This document shows, piece after piece, positions 1 through 10,656 of a DNA stretch of 64,000 bases. The stretch's first letter is position 1. Each line of letters starts with the position of its first letter. A program made the position numbers and the translations under genes. This stretch comes from Harriotta raleighana (Eukaryota). The stretch covers positions 4,760,082 through 4,824,081 of the forward strand of contig JBNZDD010013687.1 of NCBI GenBank assembly GCA_050575255.1, in the 5' to 3' direction. The notes beneath the pieces were generated by a model, which saw nothing but the letters and a program-made list of their open reading frames with translations, had not been told where the DNA came from and made no database searches.

Positions 1-900
1 GTAATATGAATGCAGAGTGTGTTGAAGATATTTTGTAAACACATTTGATTTACTTTATAAAATCATGGTAAAATGTGTATGGTAGGCATAATTTTATTTT
101 GGGGCAATTTTCACTTTAGTTAGCGGTTCAAATCTTTTGAACTCCTGTGTGATTGTGTGTTTTATATTTTATATGTTGCCATTTATGGTGTTATTCACAT
201 ATGTGTGTGTGTATATGTTTGATGTAGAGCTCCCTGATACTTGTGATGTACCACTTGAAAAGATCACATTCCCTGATTGTCCCTCTAGCAGTGAGAGAAT
301 TGGGAATATTACTGGATGCGGGATGATGCCAACAATCCCTGGTTTGTGAAACTCGTGTATTCTCAAACAATCAATCAATCACCCTATTTTAAAACACGTT
401 TTCAGAGCACCCATTATTTTTCTTTCTAACCTGGTTTGGTTTCAAGCTGTTATCTGTTACTGCAGATATGGTACTCTCTCTTTTGGTCTCCTAGCTGTCT
501 TCTTCAGTTAAAAGAATTGAAACCTTTTTAATGAATGTACAATATTCAATCAATGTTAATTAGAGTATATTCATATCAAAGTAATTATTACCTACAATCT
601 AGGAATCATTGTTTTATGTTTGATAGCATTCATGATCCTGACTATATAGGTGTGGTAATATAGTGTAACCAAATACAGTAGATTATTTTGCTGGATGCCA
701 GAATACCTGAGGTACAATCCATGGCATGCTCAGTGTTTAATGACATCCTGAGCAGAATTGTTTTCCTTTTTAATATCTGTAATTTACCTGGTGCCTAAAT
801 TTTTCCTATATTTTTGTAACCTCATTTTTTCATTAATGCAACTCTTACTTTACTTCATTTCCCTCCCAATCCTTTTTGCTTTGTTTTACTTTTTTTGAAG

Positions 901-1034
901 CCATCAGACGCCGATCCATTGTTGAAAGTATTCACCCATTCTGTGCAATGTTAAAAGTGCACCTGCTCTACTCCATACTTCCAATTCTTTCCTGTCTGAT
1001 CTAGTCCTTGCTCTCTTTTCTGATGATCTGCCAG
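901..1034 (+). pseudogene. RALGAPA1: Frameshifted RALGAPA1 cassette exon (pseudo- or poison exon)
   Basis: Long polypyrimidine tract, AG at 899-900, donor CAG|gtagtg at 1034/1035. The 5' part reads (A)IRRRSIVESIHP. The 3' part, in another frame, reads KSAPALLHTSNSFLSDLVLALFSDDLP. Both resemble the remembered 47-aa mammalian cassette. Length is 134 nt (not 3n), with TAG at 1002-1004 in the entry frame. Confidence 0.7.
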
Positions 1035-1792
1035 GTAGTGCCAGCTCTGCTTATTTGCTCTGCTTATTTAGCTTTTGTTTTTAGCTTTAGTCTTGTTGCT
1101 TTCTTTGCTATTCTAATTCTTTGCTAGTCCATAAATGTAAAACTAAGTGTTCTGAAAATGCTTATATATCATGTTAATGTTTCCAAACAATTCCTGAAAC
1201 CAATGATAAAGGATAAATGTGAATTCTGTATTCTATAGATTTCTCTGTAATTTAATGACATGCAGACTAAACTAGAACCTTTGGATCTTTATCCATCCTG
1301 AAACAACAGAACAGGCAAACAAAAGCCCACTTTTAACTTGTTGAATCCGCGTGCTTTGTACCAAATGCTGAAATAGCTACTTGGATAATTGTTACATAGA
1401 AATAGTGTAATCATCTTTAATTAGGTGAAAGAATCATACATTTTTGGGATTAAAAATAGAATACATAAAATCAGCCTAGTTCCTTGTATAAATGTCAAGT
1501 TGTTTTGATCACATTGTCTATTCTGATCTTTGCCGCATGACTAAAGAAGTGGTCTTGGGCTTATTAAAAAAGCAATTAATGCAAGTCTTAACTTGAATAG
1601 TAATGTAGTGTTCTCCCATTTTTACAAATCACTCTGGAGACATCAAGTTGATAATAATGGCTAGAATCCCATAATAATTTGGTGGTTACTACATGAGTTT
1701 GAACTGGCTTGTTCCGGGGCAAATCATGGTAATGTTTATTCTGTTGGAAACTGTCTTTATTTTACAACCATTAATTGTAGTTTATTTTTAAG

Positions 1793-3370
1793 ATCTAGAT
1801 GATGCCCAAATGTTGCCTCGGCCTACTAGAATAAGACATTATTCTCAGAGTGAAGAAAATCCATCTGAAATATTTAATGCTGTACGCGAAGAGCAACCAA
1901 TGCCACGAAGCAGCAGCACATCTGATATAATGGAACCAATCGTAGCTGAAAGAGCTAAAGGTGCAGTTCCTGTCATTGACAATTCACCAAATTTGCAAAG
2001 ATCTACTGAGGTGTTCTCATTATCTAGGTCCACTGAAAGCCACTTTGCAGATACACATAGAGCAGAATCCTCTCTGGAAGTTGGAGATAGTATTTATGAC
2101 CATCTGTGTCATCTTGTAGGTGATGTAGAGCAGTTAGTATCCTATTATGAATACAGTGAGGGCATGGTTGATGACGATGAGGTAGACCTACTGTCCTCTA
2201 TACGGAAGTATTTTAATGAAACTGATCAAGGAGCAGATGTAAACCTTCCTTTGAATGAAAATGTTAATGAGTTAATAAATGCGGTGGGTTGGGTTAGTAC
2301 ATATGATGCTAGTAATCAGGAAATTAATTTGGAGGCAGGAACTAAAGCACAAGTAAATGTACAGGAAACATTGAGCAGTGACCTAAATGCATCAAACTCT
2401 CTTCCGTGTCCACAAGAGGATCTGAGCGTTGGTGTGATTTCTGATGGAGAGAAACGTTTACCAGAGACTGATGCACTACAGGATAAGTGCAAACAGCTTG
2501 AAAGTTCTGACCGAAAAAGTTCATCAGAGGGTCCAGGTAACAAACGAAGGGGAAAACGTCTTGCTCACCAAGTGGCAACCGAGGTAGATCGTGGAAAAAT
2601 GTTAGTGTCAACGGGTCAGCACAGAGCAATGCAGACTTTCAACAAAGTAATAGTTAAAAGTCAAAGGAAATCAACAGCTAATGCTTCTTTAAGGCAAACT
2701 ACTTTGCTTACAGAACCCAGCAATAAGATAACTGACACTCATGGCATGCACTCAAATACATTTTCTATCAGTGCCACAAATACTGACCCACTTAAAGCTT
2801 CAAGTGCACAGAAATTTTCAGCTAACCGCAAAATCACTGAGCGAGCAACGCAAGAGAGTCAGACTTTTAGCATAACGAATAGGAAAAAGAATAGTGGTAT
2901 GCATGTTAGCTTTAGGCCATCTACTGAATCTGTGCAGTTTCACACCCCTTTGGACAGCAAGGAAGCTCATTGGAAGTTGAGACTTCGAAGACTTAGTGGT
3001 TTCAGCAGTAATTCATCTCCACCAACAGACTCTGTGAAACCTGGTGTCTATAGGCCTCTGGATACCAGAGTTTCTCACAATGAATGTAAAGATCATAGGT
3101 CAACCCTGACTACTACTGCAAGTGCCCCAATACTGAAGGGAAGTGCAGATGGTGGTCAGATAACGTGCCATGGGACACTAAGGTCCTGTGGCTCACAGGA
3201 ATCAGTGCAGCAACAGAACTCCCTAGGTGGTGTTTACAAGACTGTTGTACACGCTTTTTCAAAGTCGAAGCCAAATGTTTCCCCACAGAGACAAAGCAGA
3301 GTACCAGCAGAGGCTCCACTGAGGGATCTGTACAGTCATGTTTTGGGATATTTTGGAAAGAAAGTTGCAG
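1793..3370 (+). CDS. RALGAPA1: RALGAPA1 exon with alternative donors (short form ends 1960, long form ends 3370)
   Basis: Acceptor tttttaag| at 1792. Reads (D)[37 protein letters not shown]. Donors AAG|gtgcag (1960) and CAG|gtgagc (3370) are both phase 1, and the frame is open throughout. Confidence 0.92.
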
Positions 3371-4224
3371 GTGAGCACTAACAGTGTGCAGTGCACAAAG
3401 GAGCACCTGTTTGGCTTGATGCAACTGAAAAGCTTTAAGCAATCAAATAGCTTGGGGATGATCACCGCTTTTCCTCTATGGTTATGCATGCGCTTTAAAC
3501 AGCTGATGTGTTTCCCTCCTTCCCTCCTGAGCAAACATTTTTTTTCCCCACAAAAATACTAATTTCTCCCCTTTTACGTGCAGGTTTTCAGTTGTTAATC
3601 TTTGACAGTAAAATTATTACTTTGTGGTTGGTTATGATGGCATGATGCATTGAATCTAAGTTCATGCATTTTGCATTCTTTTTAGTTGTGTTCAGCACTA
3701 GGGAGGACTTTCCAAGTATAGAATATATGGAATGGATAGAGAGGCTTAGACTGAGAAATTGCTTACTTTGGTCAGGTTGTATGTCCTGTTTCGATTTCTA
3801 GGCAAGAGAAATAAACCTATAAGGCAAAACATTTTTTATTAGAATCTTAAAAGCATGTATTTAGAAAATAGAACATTAATGAGACATAAGTTCCCTTTTA
3901 CTATATCCTACAAAGGAAAGTACAGTATGTTGAATCTATAATGTTACTTTAACATAAATGTCTGCCATCAAAGATTAAAAATTGTTACCCGCTACTAATA
4001 TCTGATTGACGTAAAATAGATGAATACTAACTCGTGATTACCTCTACTTCTAATTGCACAAAGTAAGGATAGGAAAATGTACCTTGGGGGAACTGCATGT
4101 TTTGGCAAGTAACCCCTGCGATCCTAAATTCTTTATTGCTTTTTTTAATTAGCAAATAATTTAAACTCTTTCTCAGTTATGAAGTTACATTATTGTGTTT
4201 TTAAATGCTTTTATCTGTTTTCAG

Positions 4225-4349
4225 TCAATAAAGAGGACCCTAGTCAAAAACCTCGACCATTCAGTAGTGATATTGGAAATAGCAATCCCAACATCAGTGA
4301 TCTCATGGATGAGTTTATAGCAGAAAGGCTGCGAACTGGTACTTCAGTT
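4225..4349 (+). CDS. RALGAPA1: RALGAPA1 exon
   Basis: ttttcag|; (V)[25 protein letters not shown]; |gtaagt. Confidence 0.95.
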
Positions 4350-4459
4350 GTAAGTTGGTTTGCTTCTTTTATTGGAGTGTATTCATACATGTTCTTCAAA
4401 TTTTTTTTTAATGGTTAGATTACCAGGGTGATAATTCCTTCAAAATAAAGTTTTAAAAT

Positions 4460-4930
4460 AATATGGTCACTCAATTTACGACTGTTTGCGGAATGCTATT
4501 GAATGCAATTGGCTGCTGTGTTTTGCCCACAAATAAACAATCGGTTAACTTTACAATATATCCTGTGAAGTGCTTTGAGATGTTTCAAATACATGGTTTG
4601 GTGCGATAGCAAATGCAAGTATTATTATATCAAACCGTGGACAAGTTTCCTTATTCCACATGCCTAATAATACCCCCCCCCCCTCCAAAATTGGTCATTT
4701 CAATCCATAACTTCTTTGGGGGACACTGCTATGTGTGATTGGCTGCCATGTATCGACCACAATTTTCCAGTAAATTCACTTATTGCGCCTTGGGATGCCC
4801 TCCCAACGTGAAAGGCACTCTGTAAATGTAATTTTGTTGTTGTTGTTGTTGTATTCTGTGGAATGCTTTAATTCACCTAGAAGATTTGAAAAGTGCTATA
4901 TCAAATGCAAGGATTCTTATTGGTAGTAGT
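4460..4930 (+). mobile_element. Two adjacent 5'-truncated tRNA-SINE bodies, the second interrupted by a LINE2-type tail (4785-4851)
   Basis: Match to the body and tail of the full-length SINE copies at 6470 and 46859 (catttcaatcc..gggacactgct..aaatgcaaggatt). Confidence 0.75.
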
Positions 4931-5724
4931 ATAGATTTATTGTTCCTTGTATTATTGCACTAAAACATAGGAGATGCATCCTCCCTGCTTCAACACCATC
5001 TCAATGCCACTAAAAACACTGAACAACTGCTTTGTTAAATTTAGCGCATTACAGAATTGTTGGGTGTATAAATAGAATCACGTAATCTTAGTTGATTTGT
5101 TTGACCACACACAAGCAAGCACTATTTCAGCTCCAGTTCATTTTTGTTACTGTTAAAAAAAAATGTTTATGTAGTTACATTTCCATTTTTTTAAAAAAAG
5201 TTTTATTATAAGCTTCTCTCCCACAAGTGTACTCTTTCAATATTTTTAAGGGGTGTTCTTGTACAGTCTTTGTTTTTTCAACCCCTCTTTGTTTGTTTGA
5301 ATTGAAGAGGACAGGTATTTGTTCACAAGTTGCTTATCAATGGCCAGAGACTGGCCAGACACAACAGTTTTCCCTCTTTGTATTTTGTTTTACAAAATTG
5401 TATTCTACTTTACTTTCCCCTCTCCTGGAGCCTTCCGCACTTCACTCAAAAACTGGTTACTCAAACCAAGCTCAGATCAGGATCTTAATAGAGGAGGGTT
5501 CCAACTTTAATCCATGTAATGCTTGGGGCAAAACTTGCAGCATGTAGAAATATTTTCTTCTGGATGCACAAGTGAAGCAGTGTACTCACACAAGATCATC
5601 TGAAGGTGGTTTGCATGTAACTAATTTAATTAGATTCACTTTCACAAGATACAGGCATGAGAATGTACAAATTATGTATTTTAAAAGACAGTTTAATTTT
5701 GTTTTTGATTTGTGTCAATTCTAG

Positions 5725-5941
5725 AATGTCTTGAGGAGGGGTAGCAGTCCTGGCAGCTTGGAAGTGCCAAAAGATCTTCCTGATTTATTAACTAGGCAAA
5801 ATCCAATGCGACCTGTAGATGACCCGGGTGTCCCATCCGAATGGACATCTCCAGCCAGTGCAGGAAGCAGTGACCTGATTAGTTCCGACAGCCATTCAGA
5901 CTCATTCAATGCTTTTCAGTGTGATGGCCGAAAATTTGAAA
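5725..5941 (+). CDS. RALGAPA1: RALGAPA1 exon
   Basis: ctag|; [46 protein letters not shown]; |gtaagt. Confidence 0.95.
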
Positions 5942-6469
5942 GTAAGTGTTTTCTCATTGCAGTTATTCTTTTATAGAATTAAAGAAAACAAATTAATGTT
6001 CCCAAGTTTTGATCTGCTTTCATTGATTTATCTGATTGTTGACCGCTGGATGCATGACCATTTTGTTAGGAAAACATGCTTTTAAAAATATATAACTGCA
6101 ACGCTTGGAATTAATTTAGTTTTTCAGATGTTGAAAATCTGTAATGAGGTGGGAGATGAATTATCCCACTGTACTTCAGGTGCCATGTAATGGAGAACAT
6201 TTTTAAGCGGGTCTAATGGAATGGTTATATTTCAGGAACGCTTGCTGAACTCAGCTATCAATTTCCTCTGAGACCACAGGAATTATTACTGCATTATAAG
6301 AATTCACACTGATGCAAAGGGGAATATTTTGCTGAGGTTGCTTTAAAATAAATTATTGGGGCAGAGCAGTAGAAGATCTGCATCTGGTCCAAAGCTCATC
6401 TAACCTTCCAATGTTCAATGTTGACACTTTTGCCAATGTGTTCCATATGTCCAAGAAATGTCTTATTTT

Positions 6470-6790
6470 GGAGTCTTGTAGCTCAGTAGTTAGCGAGCAC
6501 TTGCTTTGCAAGTGAGAAACCTGGGTTTGATTCTTAGCAGGGTGAAAGATTGGGCAAGTTTCCTTACTCCATAAACCTAATAATAATCCCTTAAAAAACA
6601 ATAATAAATTGATCATTTCAATCCGCGACTGTTTTTGGGGCACTGATTTGCACAATTGGCTACCGCTTTTTGCCCTCAAAAATACAGTCAATTCACTTTA
6701 CAGTAAAGTACTGTGAACTGTGTACTGTGAAGCACTTTGAGACATCTAGAAGACATGATAAGGTGCTATATCAAGTGCTGGGTTAATCAT
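6470..6790 (+). mobile_element. Full-length tRNA-derived SINE
   Basis: Pol III A box (TAGCTCAGTAG) and B-box-like GGTTTGATTC, conserved body, LINE-like tail; several paralogous copies in the window. Confidence 0.88.
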
Positions 6791-7269
6791 GTAATTTTTT
6801 TATTGGACATTTTCTTAATATTTAGTAAAAAAAAAATCCCTCAGGAATATAGGATCCATTCTACCACAAGTCTAGCTACTTAGCTAGTTCATTTCTTCTT
6901 TTATATGCTTTAATCTTAAAAATATTGTTTTACAGTTAATAATATTTCTGATCAATTTTCTCGTTTTATACAGATTCACCCACTTTTCCACACCTCCCCC
7001 CATCCCCAATACACACACACATGCACACTCTCAGAATATTTGTAACAGGAGAAATTATAACCAAAATTTTATCAAAACATGTTGACTTTTTTTTACAGAT
7101 ACAATTTTAAGCTTCACTTTCTGTGCATCTTTGTCTGAAATGGACATCTTTGGGCTACTTTTTCAATAGTTGCCACTTTTTTCCTTGGTACATAACTGTA
7201 GACAGGATGGAGTTTGAATAAGGGGAGAGTGAAGTGAACTGATGGGTTTTGTTTTGGTTTCTGATGCAG

Positions 7270-7443
7270 GCTTCTCCTTTGGCAATGAAACCTTGCCTGC
7301 AGGATACACTGAAGCAGATTCAGGACCACCTCGACTAACTGCTGAGGAACAAGAATTGGCCAATTTAACTGCTATGCACATTGATTCAGAAACTACCAGC
7401 CTCAACCTGCAGGCGATTTCTGGTGACACTGTTACAATCACAG
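7270..7443 (+). CDS. RALGAPA1: RALGAPA1 exon
   Basis: tgcag|; (S)FSFGNET..AEEQELANLTAMHIDSETTSLN..TIT; G|gtgggt; phase 1-1. Confidence 0.92.
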
Positions 7444-7489
7444 GTGGGTATGTCTACTGTGCTTGCCAGCGCAATCTTATGTGCTGCAG

Positions 7490-7648
7490 ATGGAGAGCTT
7501 CGCTTTCAGCAGCTCTCCTGCGAGACCTTTCGCCTGGTCCGGTGCTGCAGGCGGTGGACCATCTCGTCGCGGGAGATCCCGACAGCGATTGAGCTGCTGC
7601 TACCAGGCGACATGCCGTGTCGGAGGTATCAGGGCCATCACCGAGTCC
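7490..7648 (+). pseudogene. Decayed histone H2B-like fragment (C-terminal half of the histone fold)
   Basis: Reads MESF / FQQLSCETFRLVRCCRRWTISSREIPTAIELLLPG / HAVSE / IRAITE across small frameshifting deletions. Canonical H2B reads MNSF..[51 protein letters not shown]. Confidence 0.8.
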
Positions 7649-7764
7649 CCTGGTCACCAGCTGAGGAGCTGGTCGGTTTTTGGGCCTTTCACTTCACTGG
7701 GCCTGGTTCCCGCCTTTTTTAATATCATCCAGACGGATGGCGAGGACAGACAGCAGTTGCTGGA

Positions 7765-8120
7765 CTGTTGTTAATTGCTGTTGTTGCTTCTGCTGTTGTT
7801 GTTGCTTTTTGTTTGTTTATTGTTGTTGATATTGTTGTTTGTTGTTGTTGTTCTCCCCCTGCCCCCTGACCTTTCCGCCTTTTTCTTCTTCTCTCCCTCT
7901 CTTACTCCCTTCCCTTCCTCTTCCCTCTTGCCCCCCTTTCTCCCAGATTTTCCCCTTTCCCTCCCTCTTCTCCCTTGCTCCCCTTTCTCCCCCCTTTTCC
8001 TCCCTGATTTCCCCCTTGCCCCCCTTTCTTCCCCTTTTCCTCTCTGATTTTACCTCACCGCACCTTTCACTCCGTCTCTCCCCTTACCCTCTTTTCCCCC
8101 TTTGCCCAGCCCCACTTCCG
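7765..8120. repeat. (TTG)n-like low-complexity stretch followed by a ~270-nt near-pure polypyrimidine tract
   Basis: Directly visible base composition. Confidence 0.9.
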
Positions 8121-8199
8121 CGACTGTTTTTGAGACACTACTCTATTGTGTGCAATTTGGCTGACGCGTTTCGCCCACAATAAAAGTGAATTTTTCCTA

Positions 8200-8320
8200 C
8201 TTTCATTCCCCCAACCCCTCCCCCTCGCTCTAATCCCCACTTGATTATACAGCTCCTTGGGACGTCCTTCCAACGTGAAAGGCGTTATATGAATGTAATT
8301 TTGATTGATTGATTGATTGA
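8200..8320 (+). mobile_element. LINE2-type 3' end with (TTGA)n terminus
   Basis: ccttgggacgtccttccaacgtgaaaggcgttatatgaatgtaattttgattgattg, the same tail as the L2 fragments at 17395 and 57345. Confidence 0.82.
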
Positions 8321-8421
8321 TGTGTTCTCAAGAACATAATTTGGTAAGCTCTGCTCAATTTTTCTATTCTAGAGGATGTGGCAGTTACTTCTCACTACAA
8401 TAAGTTTTGTATTGGAAATTA

Positions 8422-8457
8422 ATCACTTCTCGACCTTTTGGCTAAGATCAAATATAA
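8422..8457 (+). pseudogene. 3'-truncated U2 snRNA pseudogene (first ~36 nt)
   Basis: ATCACTTCTCGACCTTTTGGCTAAGATCAAATATAAT vs U2 ATCGCTTCTCGGCCTTTTGGCTAAGATCAAGTGTAGT; 28 of the first 30 nt identical. Confidence 0.88.
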
Positions 8458-9075
8458 TTTATTAAAAAATTAATCTTGTTGCCAGAAATGGTTTTGTTGT
8501 GATGAATTGTTCAGATTGCTAACTTGTAATGTGCTAACTACTATCCTGCAAATCGAATGTATCCGTTGTGTACAGGAGGCATGCAGCAACCTTGTGCAAT
8601 GGTACAAATTGATCACTCCTGAGAAAACTGGTATTACAGTGTTGGTGTGTCACTATACAGTACCCAGAGTAGCGGGCTGTAAATTTAGCAAAGTCCCTCC
8701 AATTGTTACTACCAGGTTTGAGTTGAGCAAATTAGTGAATTGTAAATAGAGTTGTCATGCCCACTTCAGAAGAACTGCAGAATAGTATGGTAGCTTTGAT
8801 AATTTAAAGGTATAGTAAATAGTTTTCATATGAGGATGATCATGTGCTCAAAACCTGATCTCATTTGCCATTCAAACCATTTTATTCCTATTCATGGATT
8901 ACAAGCAGTTTTGAGAGAGACCAATAGGTGGAGTAATATGTCCGAAGATGTGGGTGTGCTGAACAGTGGCATTGCAACTGTTTGTAGAATGGCATGTATG
9001 TTCCCTTTTAACATTAATGTTCCTTGAATTGTAGAATTCCCTTGCAATATTTTATTCTTCATTTCTGTTTTAAAG

Positions 9076-9228
9076 GTTCTGAAAGTGCTTCTCCTACCCA
9101 TTCCAATGTCTGCTCAAGATCTCAGACTCCTTCTCCATCCACTTTGAATGCTGATCACACAGAGCATAAGGATTTGCAATTGGATGAAAAGCTACACCAT
9201 TCAGTCTTGCAAACCCCTGATGATTTAG
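9076..9228 (+). CDS. RALGAPA1: RALGAPA1 exon
   Basis: taaag|; (G)[33 protein letters not shown]; G|gtattg. Confidence 0.95.
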
Positions 9229-9769
9229 GTATTGTGTTGCATTTAATATACAGTAAACTACTCTGGAAGCTGGTTTGCTAACTAAACTCTTCCAAGTTTT
9301 GATGTTGTTATTTCTGTAAATATTTTTTAAAACACTAACGTCTTCAAGCTTCCAGTACATTGTGTGTGATACAGTTTTTCAGAAATACTAGTGATTGCAA
9401 ACTAAATTTTGTATTGGAAATATATCTTCTAAATGCAGGCATTCTACAGAATTTTTTTTAAAAAAATTGTGGACCATATCCAATACATAATGGAGAGAGA
9501 GAGAGATGGGGGAAAAGCATAATGGAGAGAGAGAGATGGCAGGCATGTTGATGCAAAGAGAGAGGGAGAGAGGAAAGGCGGGGGGGTGAGGGTTGTGGAC
9601 TTTATATGATGGATTAATACTGAATATCTTTGAGGGTATGTGTCTGTCTGTGTCTATGTGTGTGTGTGCTGGCTGTTAGTTAGGTCTAAACTCGCTGTTG
9701 CTCCCTTTAAAAGTCGCGTTTTGCCTCTGTCGAATCAGTGCAGCAATTGCGAAGTTAAGTATAAATAAT

Positions 9770-9922
9770 AATGTACTAATATAGTATTCTGTTATTATTT
9801 AGTCTTATTGATATGGTATGTGTTAAAATGTTTAATTTTTATTAAAAATCCTGTTCAACCAGAAATCCGTTTAACCGCCACTGGCCAGGTCCCGTGGGTG
9901 CCAGATAAACTGGGTTTTACTG
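9770..9922. mobile_element. Right arm of a Tigger/pogo-like MITE
   Basis: Closely matches 24060-24214; ends gccagataaactgggttttactg followed by TA. Confidence 0.85.
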
Positions 9923-9941
9923 TATGCTTTATTTCCTACAG

Positions 9942-10135
9942 AAAATAGTGAGTTTCCAAATGAGGATTGCAGTGTGATGGCAGGAGGGACCCTAAAAGGC
10001 TGGCAAGAAGATGTTGCTACAGTTATGTGGAGACGAATGCTTGGTATTTTAGGAGATGTCAATTGCATTAGAGATCCTGAAATTCATGCACAAGTCTTTG
10101 ATTATTTGTGTGAGCTCTGGCAGAATTTGGCCAAG
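9942..10135 (+). CDS. RALGAPA1: RALGAPA1 exon
   Basis: ctacag|; (E)[39 protein letters not shown]; |gtaaga. Confidence 0.95.
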
Positions 10136-10557
10136 GTAAGAAATTAACTTTTGTTTTACTTTTGACAATTTGCTTCATCGATGATCCTAATCCTGGCAGC
10201 TTGGTTTTCCATCCACATGGTTCTTGGCATTTGTGTGTACCCAGGGTTAATATAGCACTGATTTTGAGTTTTGAAAAAGTCAAATCATCATTGAATTACA
10301 CGATCCCACACAGCCAAGAAACAAATGGGTTACACAGATTATGGTCTCATGGCCTAAATCAAATGACCTGCTTATTTACATGTTTATGTCTTTCACTGTT
10401 TTGAAATATCTGGATCATGGCTCCTTCCATCCTCCTTCCCTGAAGAAATCATCTCCTCATCCCTTTGTTGTTTTTCATGTTAGAATTTCATAGAATTTTA
10501 GATGCAATTTTAGCTCTTTGGAGATTTTTGTCCTTGTGGTTTTCATTCTGTTTAAAG

Positions 10558-10656
10558 GTAAGAGATAATCTTGGAATCACAACAGATAACCAGACATCTC
10601 CACCTCCTCCAGTACTAATACCACCCCTCAGGATTTTAACTCCATGGCTTTTTAAG
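10558..10656 (+). CDS. RALGAPA1: RALGAPA1 exon
   Basis: tttaaag|; [33 protein letters not shown]; |gtgagt. Confidence 0.95.

Noticed and set aside
1810-3381. 523-aa ORF as a stand-alone gene
   Set aside because: It is an internal RALGAPA1 exon with a splice acceptor at 1792 and donors at 1960 and 3370.
6470-6545. tRNA gene (also at 46859, 57248, 58784)
   Set aside because: tRNA-like A/B boxes run directly into SINE body and tail; no complete cloverleaf.
7775-8273. Leu/Pro/Phe-rich ORFs resembling signal or transmembrane peptides
   Set aside because: Translations of (TTG)n and polypyrimidine low-complexity DNA.
8405-9421. 15-nt direct repeat ttttgtattggaaat about 1 kb apart
   Set aside because: AT-rich, flanks a normal exon, and plausibly chance.
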